A DNA stretch of 64,000 nucleotides from a virus. The position numbers and the translations under genes were made by a program. Position 1 is the stretch's first letter. Each line of letters opens with the position of its first letter. Shown here piece by piece: positions 37,701 to 50,300 of this stretch. The stretch is taken from positions 1-64,000 of IMG/VR virus record IMGVR_UViG_3300027769_000875; one strand, given 5' to 3'. The notes beneath the pieces are model-generated. The model did not search any database. It worked only from the letters and a program-made list of their open reading frames with translations, and had not been told where the DNA came from.

Positions 37701-40700
37701 CATACCAATCTGCAGTTGGTCTGGTCACTGTGTTATCCTTATACCACTTATCTAATTTCTCAGGACTATCAGAAAAACGCACACGTGCATTCTTTTCCAT
37801 TACCCTAAAGTAATTATCATTAGTATCAAACTCATACAAATTATCTAACTCATCAAGATACGCAGCATACTCAGGACTTCTCTCTGCAGCCTCCATGCGT
37901 AACTTTTTTGCCTCTGCGTCAAGCTCTTTCAATCTATCAAAGTCAGACTCTTCTAGTAAGACCTCATTACCTCTTCCCACGCTATATAAAATAACTTCTT
38001 GCTCAAGATATATCTCTTGCAACTTATCGCGAATATCTTCTGGTAACTTTAACTGAAGATTATAAAAAGAATCAACGTATGGTAGATTAGAATTTTCTAA
38101 CATCCATGCAATCATTGCACGTTTGTGCTCATCTCTTTCAGATTGTTTTGCTAACAACGCATCCTTTGCTTCTTGTTCAGCCTGTGCATCAGTACCAAAT
38201 TTTTCTTGGTAAAGTGAATACGCCTCATAATATTCTCTATTGAGTATTCTAAGATTTTGCTGAAATCCTCTATAAGCATTTTCATATTCTTCACTGTATG
38301 GTTTTACATACACAAGTCTACGTTGTTGCTTTATTTCTTTTGTTTTAGGGTCTTCATATGAGACAGTAATCCACTCAGAAGTAAGTTTATTTATATCTTC
38401 TAAACTAAATCCTTGATCCTGTAGTGAGCGTAACAATCTATCAAACTTTTGTAACTGAGGGTCTGACATTGTGTTAAACTCAGCTTGAGCCTTATGTTCT
38501 TTAAGCAATGTGGTAAAAGCAGACACTGCTAAATCAGAATTAGATGCTGAAGCAATTGCAGAATCCATCATCCATCCTCCAAGTATTGTATCACCACCTT
38601 CATAAGGGTTTTGCATTCCAGGATAGAATGGTGAGGTATGATCAGTAATACCATTAATGTATTTTTCCATTGCCTCTTCGCTGTACTCAAATCCATTAAG
38701 CAACATTTCAATTTGCATAATACGTTTTTCAACTCTTTGAATTTCAGCAAGAACTATATCTCCATTAGGACCCATTGCTTCTTTTACTTTCTCTTTGAAG
38801 TTTTTATTCATCAAAGAAAAAACAGAATACTTGATTTTTTTATAAATGCCCAACTTTGGATTGCTCTTCAGCATTTCAAGTTGGTTTTTAAGATTTTCTA
38901 ACTCAGGTATAAGAGCCTGACGCTTTTGTTCATTGACACCAGAGAATACTTTTTCTCCAGGTGACATGAGAACTTTAACAGCATTCATAGTACCAATACG
39001 CTTAAAGTCTGACTGTATTGACTCAACAAATATAGATAGTTGTGTTAACCTTTGTCTGACAGGACTTGTTACTGATAACTCACTACCTTCAGCAGACGCT
39101 GCTTCATTTACAACCTCATTCATGAAATCAATGATTGTTGCCAAACTTGCACTCTTGTTAAACGCAATACGTACAGCCTCAAAGTTTTTACTTTGCTCTT
39201 TGCTATCAGTTGTTCCAAGATATAATTGAGTAGCTATTTTTGAAATGTTACTCAATGTCTCTAAATCATTTTCCATCACATTCAACGCATTAAAGAAGTT
39301 TGTTGAATTTAATAGAACTGATGGATTTGTTGTTTTTAACTTTTCAGCAATTTGCTTTAAGTTATTTAGTGTGTCCCTACGTGTTTTTAATAGCTTTTCT
39401 AATTCTTTGTCACGCATTGGTTTGTTTTGAGCATCTTGGATTTCTTGATATGCTTTATCAATCTGACCATTAATGACACTCTCAAGTACAGTTACAAAAT
39501 CCTGCATATTTTTATCAGTAGGATTTATGTCAAACAATTCTTCAGGTCTTTTATTTCTGATTTCTTCTTCAGTATACTCACCTGTTGGAACCTCAATTGC
39601 TACAGCTTTTTTAAAATCTAAAACAACTTTGTTTACTGTATCAATATCGTTAAACCATACACCATCAGTAGTTAGATTAACACTACGTGCTTGGTCATAA
39701 TAATCTTGATCTTCAAATACATGAAGAACACTTCCCTTGTAAGATTTATTATCATCATCAATCTGATACATCAATGCTGATATGGTTTTATTAGCAACAG
39801 GTATATCACTTTGTAATAAGATATTTTCATATACATCCAGTTGGAGCATCCAGGTATCATACGTTGTACGTACAGGAAGTTCTCTGAACTTTTCTGCTGT
39901 ACCTGGCTTGTTTCCAATTGGAAATTCTTTTAACGCTAAACCATACAAAGCTCTATCAACATTTACTTCTTGAGCACCTGTCAATGGATTTCTTTCAACA
40001 AGATATTTTACCTTTTTAGTTTTAAAATCATAGATATGCACTTTACCAACAGCATCAATCATTAGAATATCCAAACGTCCAATGACTTTACTACCTGTTC
40101 TAGATGTACCAACAATAGTTACCTCTGGAAGAATAATATATCCACTTGCATTTTTAGAATTAACATGTGACACAAGGCCCATTGCCATTTCATACATCTC
40201 CTCTTTGGAAAGCTTATCAATATCAAATGGATTTTTCTTTGTGTAATTTTCATACACTTTGTCAAAAAACTCTTGACTATAAACCTGAGCTATTGTTTTA
40301 TTTTTTGCAATTGCCTCCTCTTGTGCAAGTTCTAAAAGTTCATGCATAAATGTACCAAACAACTTAAATGCTTCATACTCTTTAGGATCACCTTTGAATT
40401 CTGAAGAACCAATAAATTTAGACACACTTAATGTTTGTTCAACAGCAGTACCATTTTTGGCTGCTTCTATGTTGCTTTTTAAAAACTCTTGGTATGCATC
40501 ATTCATATCAATAAGCTTTTGCATTGTAGCTTTTTGATTTTTGTTTGCACGAAACTTCATTGTCTCCAAGACCTGGCGTTGTTGTACAGCCCTTGATAAT
40601 TTAAACTGATCAGATGCAAGAGAAAGTTGTTCATCCTTATCCTGAATTCTTAAGTCTTTTAATATTTGCTTTGCCTGCTCAATTGTTGGCACTTCATTGC

Positions 40701-40797
40701 CATTACGTACAAATGCAGTCATTGCATCTGCTTCACTACTCAAGGCTATCACCAAGTCTTTCCAGGCTTGGTCATTTGGATTTGGACATGCACTCAT
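34702..40797 (-). CDS. Giant virion protein (2031 aa) with N-terminal PD-(D/E)XK nuclease-like domain
   Basis: FGTFMHELLE...PEVTI...GRLDILMID..GKVHIYDFKT...QLDVY; hydrophobic helix near the C-terminus. Confidence 0.75.
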   Translation of the reverse strand: MSACPNPNDQAWKDLVIALSSEADAMTAFVRNGNEVPTIEQAKQILKDLRIQDKDEQLSLASDQFKLSRAVQQRQVLETMKFRANKNQKATMQKLIDMNDAYQEFLKSNIEAAKNGTAVEQTLSVSKFIGSSEFKGDPKEYEAFKLFGTFMHELLELAQEEAIAKNKTIAQVYSQEFFDKVYENYTKKNPFDIDKLSKEEMYEMAMGLVSHVNSKNASGYIILPEVTIVGTSRTGSKVIGRLDILMIDAVGKVHIYDFKTKKVKYLVERNPLTGAQEVNVDRALYGLALKEFPIGNKPGTAEKFRELPVRTTYDTWMLQLDVYENILLQSDIPVANKTISALMYQIDDDNKSYKGSVLHVFEDQDYYDQARSVNLTTDGVWFNDIDTVNKVVLDFKKAVAIEVPTGEYTEEEIRNKRPEELFDINPTDKNMQDFVTVLESVINGQIDKAYQEIQDAQNKPMRDKELEKLLKTRRDTLNNLKQIAEKLKTTNPSVLLNSTNFFNALNVMENDLETLSNISKIATQLYLGTTDSKEQSKNFEAVRIAFNKSASLATIIDFMNEVVNEAASAEGSELSVTSPVRQRLTQLSIFVESIQSDFKRIGTMNAVKVLMSPGEKVFSGVNEQKRQALIPELENLKNQLEMLKSNPKLGIYKKIKYSVFSLMNKNFKEKVKEAMGPNGDIVLAEIQRVEKRIMQIEMLLNGFEYSEEAMEKYINGITDHTSPFYPGMQNPYEGGDTILGGWMMDSAIASASNSDLAVSAFTTLLKEHKAQAEFNTMSDPQLQKFDRLLRSLQDQGFSLEDINKLTSEWITVSYEDPKTKEIKQQRRLVYVKPYSEEYENAYRGFQQNLRILNREYYEAYSLYQEKFGTDAQAEQEAKDALLAKQSERDEHKRAMIAWMLENSNLPYVDSFYNLQLKLPEDIRDKLQEIYLEQEVILYSVGRGNEVLLEESDFDRLKELDAEAKKLRMEAAERSPEYAAYLDELDNLYEFDTNDNYFRVMEKNARVRFSDSPEKLDKWYKDNTVTRPTADWYDQLNELYDQRSEIVSSDPTIKELIDRKKKIMGPYKNAGRFNPKYLTDEEISELDGIEAEIEDIIEGKKTEKSTLDKEDRKKVAEISAEIRKLVSFQLNPNYIEEFDTQYRLLQTAFNEMNNAQSNLAVARTKGVAEEIEEAENNVIFSVRRFGEVENSFRNWYEKTHYNKYQSIATGYDIKANKVPKSFNFERLPSSTVADKYMETVPNPKYYKLKRLRIGNWTLDGRKLSNSEIEALQENPEEVTELNISGRLLIERGAYNPAFIKGNDGIPLPKEIIVSDEGHFVIDPGKAPTKNINAKYLDLLRNPQMFEFYNSMMDTFFGMQKRIEGRTIGYTVPGFAASLVESIANEGFGRGFAKQYNAFVDKHLKAEGQQDMSENIYGDIGARIRMRFSNQLDEEIQSTDAVGSFMKWTTEAHMNIAMQEVAPVSKGFIEFLRLQRNQLAKDRLKGEIYVTDPQTGEKTKIDIETKLGEIDNLLKIIEFENGKYLYGITESTQEASRKMKKVVDSFFKYTSFIRIGFDVVNQTKNYTSGNVQAFLAAGGNDSDHYSKRNWLFAKGKVYGYSGFLANYLKDWGRLSDLSESTMLYRMMNPAQKDIIKYFQNSSGSRKRRMAEKLTQVGELGYMLQDKGDTEIAVTVMYAVMDNYRFEEIESIDPVTGEKTFKRDASGNIVMIPAHQAYYKDANGNLAIRKDVNYTKEDEKRVRNIIYSEMRRAQGNYAGNDQTEFESRILGKMVFFFRKFLVPQFLNRFGYLRPNWEGSEMALGYWRAFARSMRLFGVGNTMKEFLVGSNTLSKMGMSGGLKTYVIKDPKTGKVIRTEDVGDFYAKRVHHARRDAIAMTLLTIISMMLLSFVKRRDDDDEELSMLEGNAIRVIWGTKGETVSMFPVGQGSQEYVKNFTTAIPFVREFSATIKMLNHGIKYGMAMTMNGGEEADPDYDSELYQSIWKDAFYSRKSGAYEKGDAKIVKDIVDLTGIKNFRDMFDPNYRIDVLKRNQ

Positions 40798-40798
40798 T

Positions 40799-41380
40799 TT
40801 ATAAACACTTTATTTTATCAAGTATATCATCGTTATTGTAGTTGAGACCTCTCATGTTTGCAACAAGATCTCTAGCAGCTTTTGCGAATTGATCTATTCT
40901 CATTCTTTGACTGCTCTCACTATAAAGATACTCAATTACCGCAGGAGAAAGGTCAAGATTGGCCATTTCTTCATACATATTGTAAAGAGGATTGTCAGAC
41001 TCTGGGTTATCAAATAAGTATTCATCAGAATATTCTATACCAGCTCTTCTTGCATCTTCCTCTTGAATTGCTCTTGCTTCTATTTCATTGAATGCTTTTA
41101 GATACTCATTGTAATATATTGTAACCAAATCCTGTGATGGATTAAATACAACTTCTTGACCATCCATCATTTCTCTACGATACGCAACGTTGCCTTCAAA
41201 GAGTTTGTTGTTCTTGTTTACAATGCTTTCAGCAACTCTAAATGCTTGAGCCTTGCCACTTGGAAAAGCAGCATTGCTAATAAACAATGTATCAAAAGAT
41301 GTTTGCTGAATGTTCTTTGTTACATTAGGAGCAATTGCTTTTTTGATAATTGATCTTTTTATATCAGTTCTACATTTCAT
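40799..41380 (-). CDS. Hypothetical virion-module protein (193 aa) with Cys at both termini
   Basis: MKC...ILDKIKCL; 1-2 bp spacing to neighbours. Confidence 0.75.
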   Translation of the reverse strand: MKCRTDIKRSIIKKAIAPNVTKNIQQTSFDTLFISNAAFPSGKAQAFRVAESIVNKNNKLFEGNVAYRREMMDGQEVVFNPSQDLVTIYYNEYLKAFNEIEARAIQEEDARRAGIEYSDEYLFDNPESDNPLYNMYEEMANLDLSPAVIEYLYSESSQRMRIDQFAKAARDLVANMRGLNYNNDDILDKIKCL

Positions 41381-41382
41381 AG

Positions 41383-44300
41383 TTAACAGTTATTTTCATC
41401 TGTTGGGTCAATACTTGGTCTATTATTAGGTTTAATAATAGTCCTGTTCTGAGCAGCAAGAGCAAGTATGGCTTTTCTATTGCCATCTTCTTCACCCCAC
41501 ATCATCCTCTTATTTGTCGTCAAAGATATGATAGTATTTTTAGATGTCACTATGTATTCTGAATCTTTATAGTCTACTATCTTAGCAACCATATCAAGTG
41601 CTTTCATGTTTGCTTCAGCCACTGATATTTTAGATTTTACACCTTCTAACAATGGATTGTAAAGTTGCCATGTACCATTTGCGTTTTGCTGAGTAACAAT
41701 GTAAGTTGTGCCCTTATAATTAACATACCTTCCTCGTTGTATCTCAGGAACTTTTGGCGCATTTTCAGGTTGTGGATTCTTGCCTAATATGTTCATAAGA
41801 GCTGCAAGAGAATTTTCACCAGCATCTATCTGACTCTGGCTTACACCAGTTTCTTGATCTATACCTTCTTGTAAAACACCTGGATCATTCTTTTTTAATT
41901 GTGATTCAGAAATACCATCTGTGATAACAACATTCTCAGTAGGTTTTTTAGTCGCATCTGGTTTTTTGTTTTCATCCTTTACATCAGTCCCAACTTTTTC
42001 ACCAGCATTAGTGTCAACAATATTTGTGTTGAATACAATTGATTCTTTCTTATCTATGTATCGCTTGTATGTTTCAGCATTCTCTGTACTAAACGCAATT
42101 GGACTAAGTGCCTCTGAAGCATACTGTGATGGTATCACTTTATACTTGGCAAATGTTCCTATGTTTGAGAAGGTTGTTGTACCCATGATTGAGTCATACA
42201 AGTTTGATCCAATTGATTTTCCTTTAGAAGCATTGTTATCAATACCTTGTAGCACATACGTATTTAAACCAATGCGCATAATGCTTGGAAAAACAAATTC
42301 TACAGAATCAGGTTCTGTTATATCCTTTTGTATTCCAAACATTTTACCAAGTGTTATGTTGGCTTTTTGATTCTTACCAGAAAGATTGATGGTAAACTCT
42401 GAACCTAATGCATCAGCAATATTTATACGATCTACTTTTGCAAGATCTGTACCTTCAGGAAACTGTAAATCTAATGCATCAAGTACATAGTTCATTGCCT
42501 TGATTTTAGCTTCAGGTAAAGTTTCTTTTGTTGCCTCTTGCTTTTCATCTACGAATGCTTTTACAATAGGTTTTGAGAAATTTGGTTTCTTAGAATTTAT
42601 TGTAAACAATACACCCCTTGTATTATTCTTGTCTCTAAACTTAGGTATCTTTCTGTTATTGTTTTCTGATGCTGCAGCATACGCAATTTGATCAAACATC
42701 TCATCAAAGAATTTAACAACACCATCTTGTGATTTTTCACCAGTGTAGTTTAGCATGAATGATTTGAAATCTTCTTCAAAGTTTTTACTCTGAACAACTG
42801 ACTCAATACCTTGTATGAACTCATCAATATAACCTGATAGTGGAACTTTTAATTCTGCTGGCATATACGCCATAAATGATCCTTCTTTATACTGCAATCC
42901 TGTACGTACAAGGTCATGATAGAATAGACTTTTAACAAATTGTCTCTCATCTGTACCTCCTTGGTTGTATAAAAATGCAATATCGTCAGCTATCTTGCTT
43001 GCGTAATCACCTTTGACTTTGGCTTTGCTTATCATTGATATAAATCTTTCGCTTATACCTTGATAGCTTTTACCATTAAACAACACTGTTGCTGTGTTCT
43101 TTGATTCAGATTGACGTAGTAACTTCAAGAACTCATTGTCAGGATATTTTTCTCTAAATCTTTCTACCTGTGTAAACAAGTCATTCGTAAACCAGTACTC
43201 AGGAGTAAATGTTCTAAGTATTACCTCATCATCGTTATCTAACAATGATTGAATTGCTGGATTATTTACTTTTCTAGAACCAGGATAAGTCATTTTAAAC
43301 TTATTCAATGCCAAGAAGCTTGTAAGTGTATTTGAAATAGTCTTTGGATCTTCAAAGTATCCTTTAAACGCTGTTGTTATAGGCATAAAGAATGGCGTTC
43401 TCTCTAAGAATATTTTAGAGAACTGTTCATTAGCATCATCTAATGCCTCACTAAGAATTGACCATACTTGATTATCTCCAAATAAATCAGCTGCAGACTC
43501 TTTATCAAAAAGCTTTTCTTCATCTTTTAACTCATTGATGTTATCGCGCATTTTATCAAATGCTACAAGACTTGGATTAAGACGCTTGAATAAGTTGGTA
43601 ATACTTGCAGCTCTATTGATGGCCCATGTTTGTTGTGCTTGCTTTGCATAGTATAAAAGAAGAACAATCTTCATTTCGTTTTCAGTCAATGGTTGATTAT
43701 TATCATCATATACCATTTCAAAACCAATTGCAGATGGTGTAAGTTGATTGTTTTTCAAAGCATACAAACTCAGCTTTTTAGGTGCAAAACCAATCTTAAT
43801 CTTAAGTGGGTTATCTAAAATAACCATATCCTTAAATGACTTTGGTGTAACAACACCAGCAGCTTTCAATCTATTAAGAGCTGACTCATCTTTTTCAATA
43901 AGATCAGCAAGTTGTTCTTTTACAGCAGAGTTGTAAAACTTGTAATCTTGTTCTAAGTCTTCTGACAACGCAAACTGTGATTGCTGTACTGCTAATGCAG
44001 CCTGGCGCACTTCAGGTAAGAAGTTAAATGCTAACGCAAACTCAGGATCCAAACCAACACCAATCATTGCAAGTGTGGTACTTGCGTTTACTTCATTCAT
44101 TTGAAGAGCTGCAGGAATAGGATCTTTAGCACCATCAGCAAACATACCAAGTATATTACCAATGATTGCAATAACTCTTTGATCCTTTTCATTCATTTGA
44201 CCAAACGTATCCTTCAGTACAATTCTTCCTTCAATTGTTTGATAAGCCCATACAATTGCTTTATCAGATAGTTTTAGGTTATACTGACTAGCCAATGACA

Positions 44301-47300
44301 AAAACTTATTCATTACTGCTGTACGCCCAATACCATCCTTGTTCATGTTGTTTTCTACCTTAGACTCAATCATGTTGGTAGGAGTAAACAAGTTGGATTT
44401 TTTTGTAATCGCCTTGAGATCAATTCCAAATGCAGAAAGAATATCTTTAAACTCTTGTGTTGATGATCTTTGATTTATGTACAAGAAATTAAACACAGCT
44501 TCATTTGCGAGTATTTGCAAGCTTGCAGCAAGGTTTTTGTTCTGGTACTTTGGTGAAACCATTTCTGAAAAACCTATTTGAGAAATGTACTGTGATACAT
44601 TACTTGGTATACCATACTTAGCAAGTGTATCCATGATTGCTTGGTACTCAAATACAGAGTCCAAGTAGTTAAGCAATTCTTTTGTTTGACGTTGTTTTCT
44701 TACAGACTCTTTTCTTATTGCTTTAAGATCGCCTAGCTCTTTACCATAAACATTGCGTGTCTTTGCAAGTTCTCTATTTTCTGGATTTTGCTCAGCTATC
44801 TCTTTTGCTTTTACATATAACTCTTTAGATTCTTTTGTAAGTTCAAACATGTAGTTTGTAAAATCTAACTGTTCTGTATATTTAGATTTCAAAGCTACTT
44901 GTGTAAATGCACCTCTGAATTTTTCATCACCAAATCCTAATGCTTCCATTACTTCAAATAATGGACCCTCACCTGGCATTTCTATTGTACCTTCATTTAT
45001 AAGTTCTTGCTTACGTTGTTTTATAGCTGGTGCAATGTCCTCATGCTTAGCCATGTAATGCATAAACTCAATAAACTCACCAACTTCAGGGTTTTCATAT
45101 ATACTGTAATCACCATACAAAGAATAGTTTCCTTTACCATTCTTGTAGTATGACATCATTCTACCAAACAATGAGTCAATGTCAAAGTCAGATCCTGCTA
45201 ACAAGTGTACAAAATGTGGTACAATAATGTTATTCATTTTAGAAGAATCAGTAAAGTCAACGACCTTGAGAGCAATCATTGAACGTTTATCTTCTGTAGG
45301 AATACGTACACCAAACATTCTGGTTAAGTTATCCATGTAGAATTGTTCTTGCTGTGCATTCTCAAAGAATGGTTTAGGTACAATTGCTTCTACATAATAT
45401 AACTTTGTTCCATCTGCTTGTTCTTCAACACTAATACCAAGTGGTCTTGAGCTGTATCTTGCAGTGTTTTCAAATTCTTTTGGATTTTCTCCAATCTCTT
45501 GTGTAGTTACTACTCTATTTTCTTGAGTATCAAACAACACATTATAACCAAATGAACTTTCATGGAAGTTTTTAAATCCTGAAACCTTTTCATCTGTTAC
45601 GTTTTTACTATACTGAGCTAACAAGTAGTACTCAAGAGTAGATCGTATTAGACTAAGATTTGGACTAAATACTGGTGTACCATCTGGCTTAACAGCAAAC
45701 ATGTCAAGAATATTCTTTGGCGCATTCTGCTGTTGTAAACTATCACGTATCATTGTGAAAAGTTTACCCATATCAAAGTCATCACCTTTTCTGAGAACTT
45801 GAGTAAAGTATAATAACCTTGCTTTTGTTGCCTGGCGTAATGATAATTGATAATCATTAAGTGCAGTTTTTATATTCTGCATTGCAATGATGTCACCTTC
45901 AGAAACTGTTCTTCCTGTTTTACGTACTTCTGTTTCAATTATCTTTCTGAATTCTTCCTCATTAATGTTTGCAGGAAGTAAAAGTTTTGATTGCACAGAG
46001 TGCTTAGCTTTATCTTTAACACCACTTGTTTCAACCTGCAAATACTTTGCACTATTTGGAACATCAAGTGCTGCCATTTTTAAATTAATATACCCATCTT
46101 CTGTTCTTTCTGAGAAGAATACATCTATTGGCAGTAACGTAGCGTTTTTAGATGCAGTAGTATCCATCAACTGATCAATTTGGAAAAGCTCCATTGAGTT
46201 GAGAATATTATGCATCATCTCGCGATGTGGCATTGCTCTATAGTAAGAGTGTATGTCTCTATACAAATTCTGAATCTCAATATCAATTTTGGTTATTTGA
46301 TTTTTAGCATCTGGCATTTCTGCTGCTAATTCACGATCCTTACGTAAATCATAAACCGCCATATATAGTCCATGCAACTCATCATACACACGGGCAGTTG
46401 CATCATCAATTGACTCATCATTTTGAGGTGCAATATCAAGAATGCTTACATCTGTTCTGTCAATATAACTTTCAGATTGTTTGTGATAAACATTACGATC
46501 TGCTGTGATTGTTTTCTTGGCATTATTGACAATCTTCATTGACTCAAGGTATCGCGCTTCATCTTGCGTAATTGCTCTATAATGTTTAGCAATTAGAATG
46601 TACAAACCACGATCATCTAATCTACCAAGTGTATCATGCATATCAATTTGGTGCATCAATGATGAAATACTTTGACCATCAAAGATTTCACGCATCATGT
46701 CTGCCCATTTTACCACACGTCCATTAACATTTTCAACTGTGTTACCTTTTGCTTTTTCAAATCCTTCTAGTAACTCCTCACGAATATTATTATTAGGAAT
46801 TGTAAAGTCACTTTCAATTTGCTCTGCATTAAAGTATGGGCCATACTGAGGAAACTCTTCATGAATAAATGCTGTAATTGTATTCATGTATGCAACCTTG
46901 TGTGTTCCATTTTTCATATTAGAACCACTTGCCACAATTTTCTTTAAACGTTTGACATAGTCTTGAGCATTCTTTACGTTCAACGCCATGTCACCATCCA
47001 TTAACTGATTTAAATGAAGACCATTTCTCCAGTTATTCATGAACATGTCAAACAGCAATTTTTCAATTGGTTCAATTGCTGAAGCTTCATTAGTACCATG
47101 TGGCGTTCCATATGCATCTGTAAGTGAACGCTTGGCAAATCCTTCTTTTACAGATGTTGGTAGCATACTTGAAGAATAATACTCAGCTGGTAACAATGCT
47201 GCAACAGCTGGTCTTATTTCAGCCTTTTTATCTTTTTCATTAATAGGAAGTTTCTCTATTAAACCAAGTGTTTCAAGTTTTTCCAAGTATGTTTGGAACT

Positions 47301-50300
47301 CTTTCTGTGCGTAGTCATTTAATGCTGAAAGTAAGTCCTGCATGTCTATCTCTTCAAACGCAACTTGCTTTTTAGCCAAGTCAATTAAATCATCTCTGAG
47401 AGATTGATTATTTGGATCATCAAAGAAATCTTCCAGTATATTAAATCTATAAGCTCTTAAACTTGAGTCATCAACATTTGCTGTTACATTATCATCTTGT
47501 AGTACAGCATTGTATTTATTAATAAGGTCATTGCTTTTACCATTTTCAAAGTTAGCCTTCAAGTCAAGTCTACGATTCCATTCGCGAGATGCTCTATTAT
47601 ATTCTTGATTTACAATAGCAACAAGATCCTCAACTATTTTAAGATACTTTCCTTGATAAAGTAATTGACCTTTGTCATTGGTTTGTTTTGCTTCTTTTGA
47701 AGTAAATGGTTGGTATAATGCAGATATCAAAAAGTTTGTAGACGTAGCCTCTAACTGATGGAATGACCTTAAGTATGTAGATATTTCATTACCACCCTTA
47801 TCACGTAATACCTTTTTATCCATAAATGCAAGTACCTGCAGCATGTGCAAAGATCTTTCATCAACAGATTTAAAAGTTTGTCCTTTTTTAGTGACATCAC
47901 CAATACGTTGTTGTACACCACCAAACATTGCTACAGTAAAGTTGTCCAAAAACAATTGCATTTTTACACTATCTTCATTAGCTTCTCCTCTTAAGATTGG
48001 ACCAAGCAATGCATTGTCTTCAATGAATGCTCTTAATGTATTTTCAAAGTATGGATCATCAGCTAATGCTTCTTCTAATGTCATTGTATTCAAACGCTGA
48101 CCAAGCAATAATAATGGATTGTACTTTGTAAAACGATAGATTGGCTTACCTTCAGCATTTTTTACAACACTTGGTATTTCTGTTGGATCATACTTTACAA
48201 CATACGCTGATGCTTTTTTAAGAATAGTAAGCAATCGCTTTGCATCTTTGTTTCTAGACTTCTCATCATCAAGTATATTTCTGATTCCACTGTTTGGTTT
48301 ACCACTTTCAAGATAAGATGCATCTAAAACAATCTTCAAACTTCTGAAAAAGTCTTTTTCCAAATACTGCTCCTGACGTACAAAGTCCTCATTGACATCA
48401 TAAAACTTTTGCAGTCTCATATCAACATCAAGATTAATGTTGTTTTCAACTTTGTTTATGCCCATCAATGACAATCTTACTAATGATTTTGGAACTCTCA
48501 TTCCAATTGTAATCATAGCATTATGAATCTCATTGGTAAGTTTTTCTAACTTCATTGTTTGACCAACCATTCCATCAAGAATATCTGGTGCAGTCATAAA
48601 GTTTGTGGCAAAGTTTTTAAGATACTGAACTGCCTGTTTAAACTCATCATTATTTGCATCTGTTGAATGCTTCTTGATGAATCCTGAAATAATATCGTTA
48701 CGCTTTTTGGTAACGTCTGCATCAACAACTTTATCAAATACCCTAAAGTTTACAGACTCAGAACGTAATAATTCTTCTCCAGATGTAATATCCTCCATGT
48801 TAATTTTACGTGGAGTGGATACATTGAACATTACATTATTTAATTCAACACCATGTAGTACTTCTACAATAAGATTTAGTAATTGCTTATTGGTTTGTGC
48901 AACACCATTTGAATCTGCTTTTGTACGTGTTTGTATTTCATTAAAGATTACTTGAAGATCTTTTCCTACTTGAGCATATCCATCCTCAATCATTTGTTCT
49001 GACATAACGCCAATACTATCAATGATATTTTTTGGATTAATACCAGCTGTTATTTTTAAAAGTGTAGGAAACAATACTTGTCCATCAATCATGCGTGGAA
49101 AGTATATTCCATTCTTTTCATCAAACTGATCACTTCTTAGAGTAGAAAAGAATCTTCTTATTTGAGCTACATAAGAATCCATACGATTGTATTCTGCCAT
49201 TCCAGAATCAAAGTCATTGCTTTCTAATTCTTCTTGTGCAGATACACGCTCATCATCTTGTACCTCATTTGCATTATCGCCATTAAATGTATCTTCTACT
49301 TCTTCTGAGTCTAATGTATACTCATCATTTTCTCTTGCTATCTGTACACTGTTTGCTTTAGTATATTTATCTTTTACTAATCTTCTCAATGTTTCAAAAG
49401 AATACTGACCCATTGTGTTGTCTATAACTTCGCCATTGATCAATCTTATCTTGTTTAAGTTAGCCTTGTTGTCATACTTTGAATCACCAGTAAGATTGAT
49501 ATCATTAACGTTCAAGCCCTTCATTCTTGCACCAAGAATAAATCTGTAAGATGATATTAATGGGCCATAGTCCTTTTCAATCTGCTCTCTTGCTGCAGGA
49601 TTTTGTGCAACAAGTTTTTCCATGCTATAAACTTCATTTAGAATTTTATCTGCAGCACGTTGGAATTTAGTTTCAAAAGTATCTGACTGAACTGCATCCT
49701 GGAATATAACACCAACCATCATGTCAATCAGTTGGTTTTGTTCAGAAACGCTGAGTGTAGAGTTTTTCTTTTCTACATTGCCTTGCTCATTGTTGTTGTA
49801 TTTTACAAGACCATCAATAAGTTCATATGCAACTTGACCATTGAACACGTCAGATTTAATTGTTGCTGTTTTGTAATATCCAGTTTTTACACGGTCATAC
49901 ACAGCTTCTATCTGAGTTCTGTTTTTGACAAAAAAGTTGAGCAACTTTTTAAGCATCTCAAAGAATCTTTGTAATGCTGTTTTAGGTTTTGCTTTTCTTT
50001 CTTTGCTCATGTATTTTTGGAAACCATCAGCAAGTATCTCTTCTGCTACTAGTTCAGCAAGTGTATCGTAGTTTGTAATAGATAGATTTCTTACTCTTGC
50101 AAACTCTTTTAATGATAATGATGTAAAGTTGTCTGCATGCTTTGGATCATCCATTATTTGTTTAACCAATGCTTTGCGTTCTGTATCTGTTAAAAGATAT
50201 CTGAAGACACCGTGAAATGCTTCATGGTAGATTGTACCCTTACCAGTGATTGTATCATTTAGGTAAATGATTCTATCTTTAAACATCCCTAGAACTGTAC

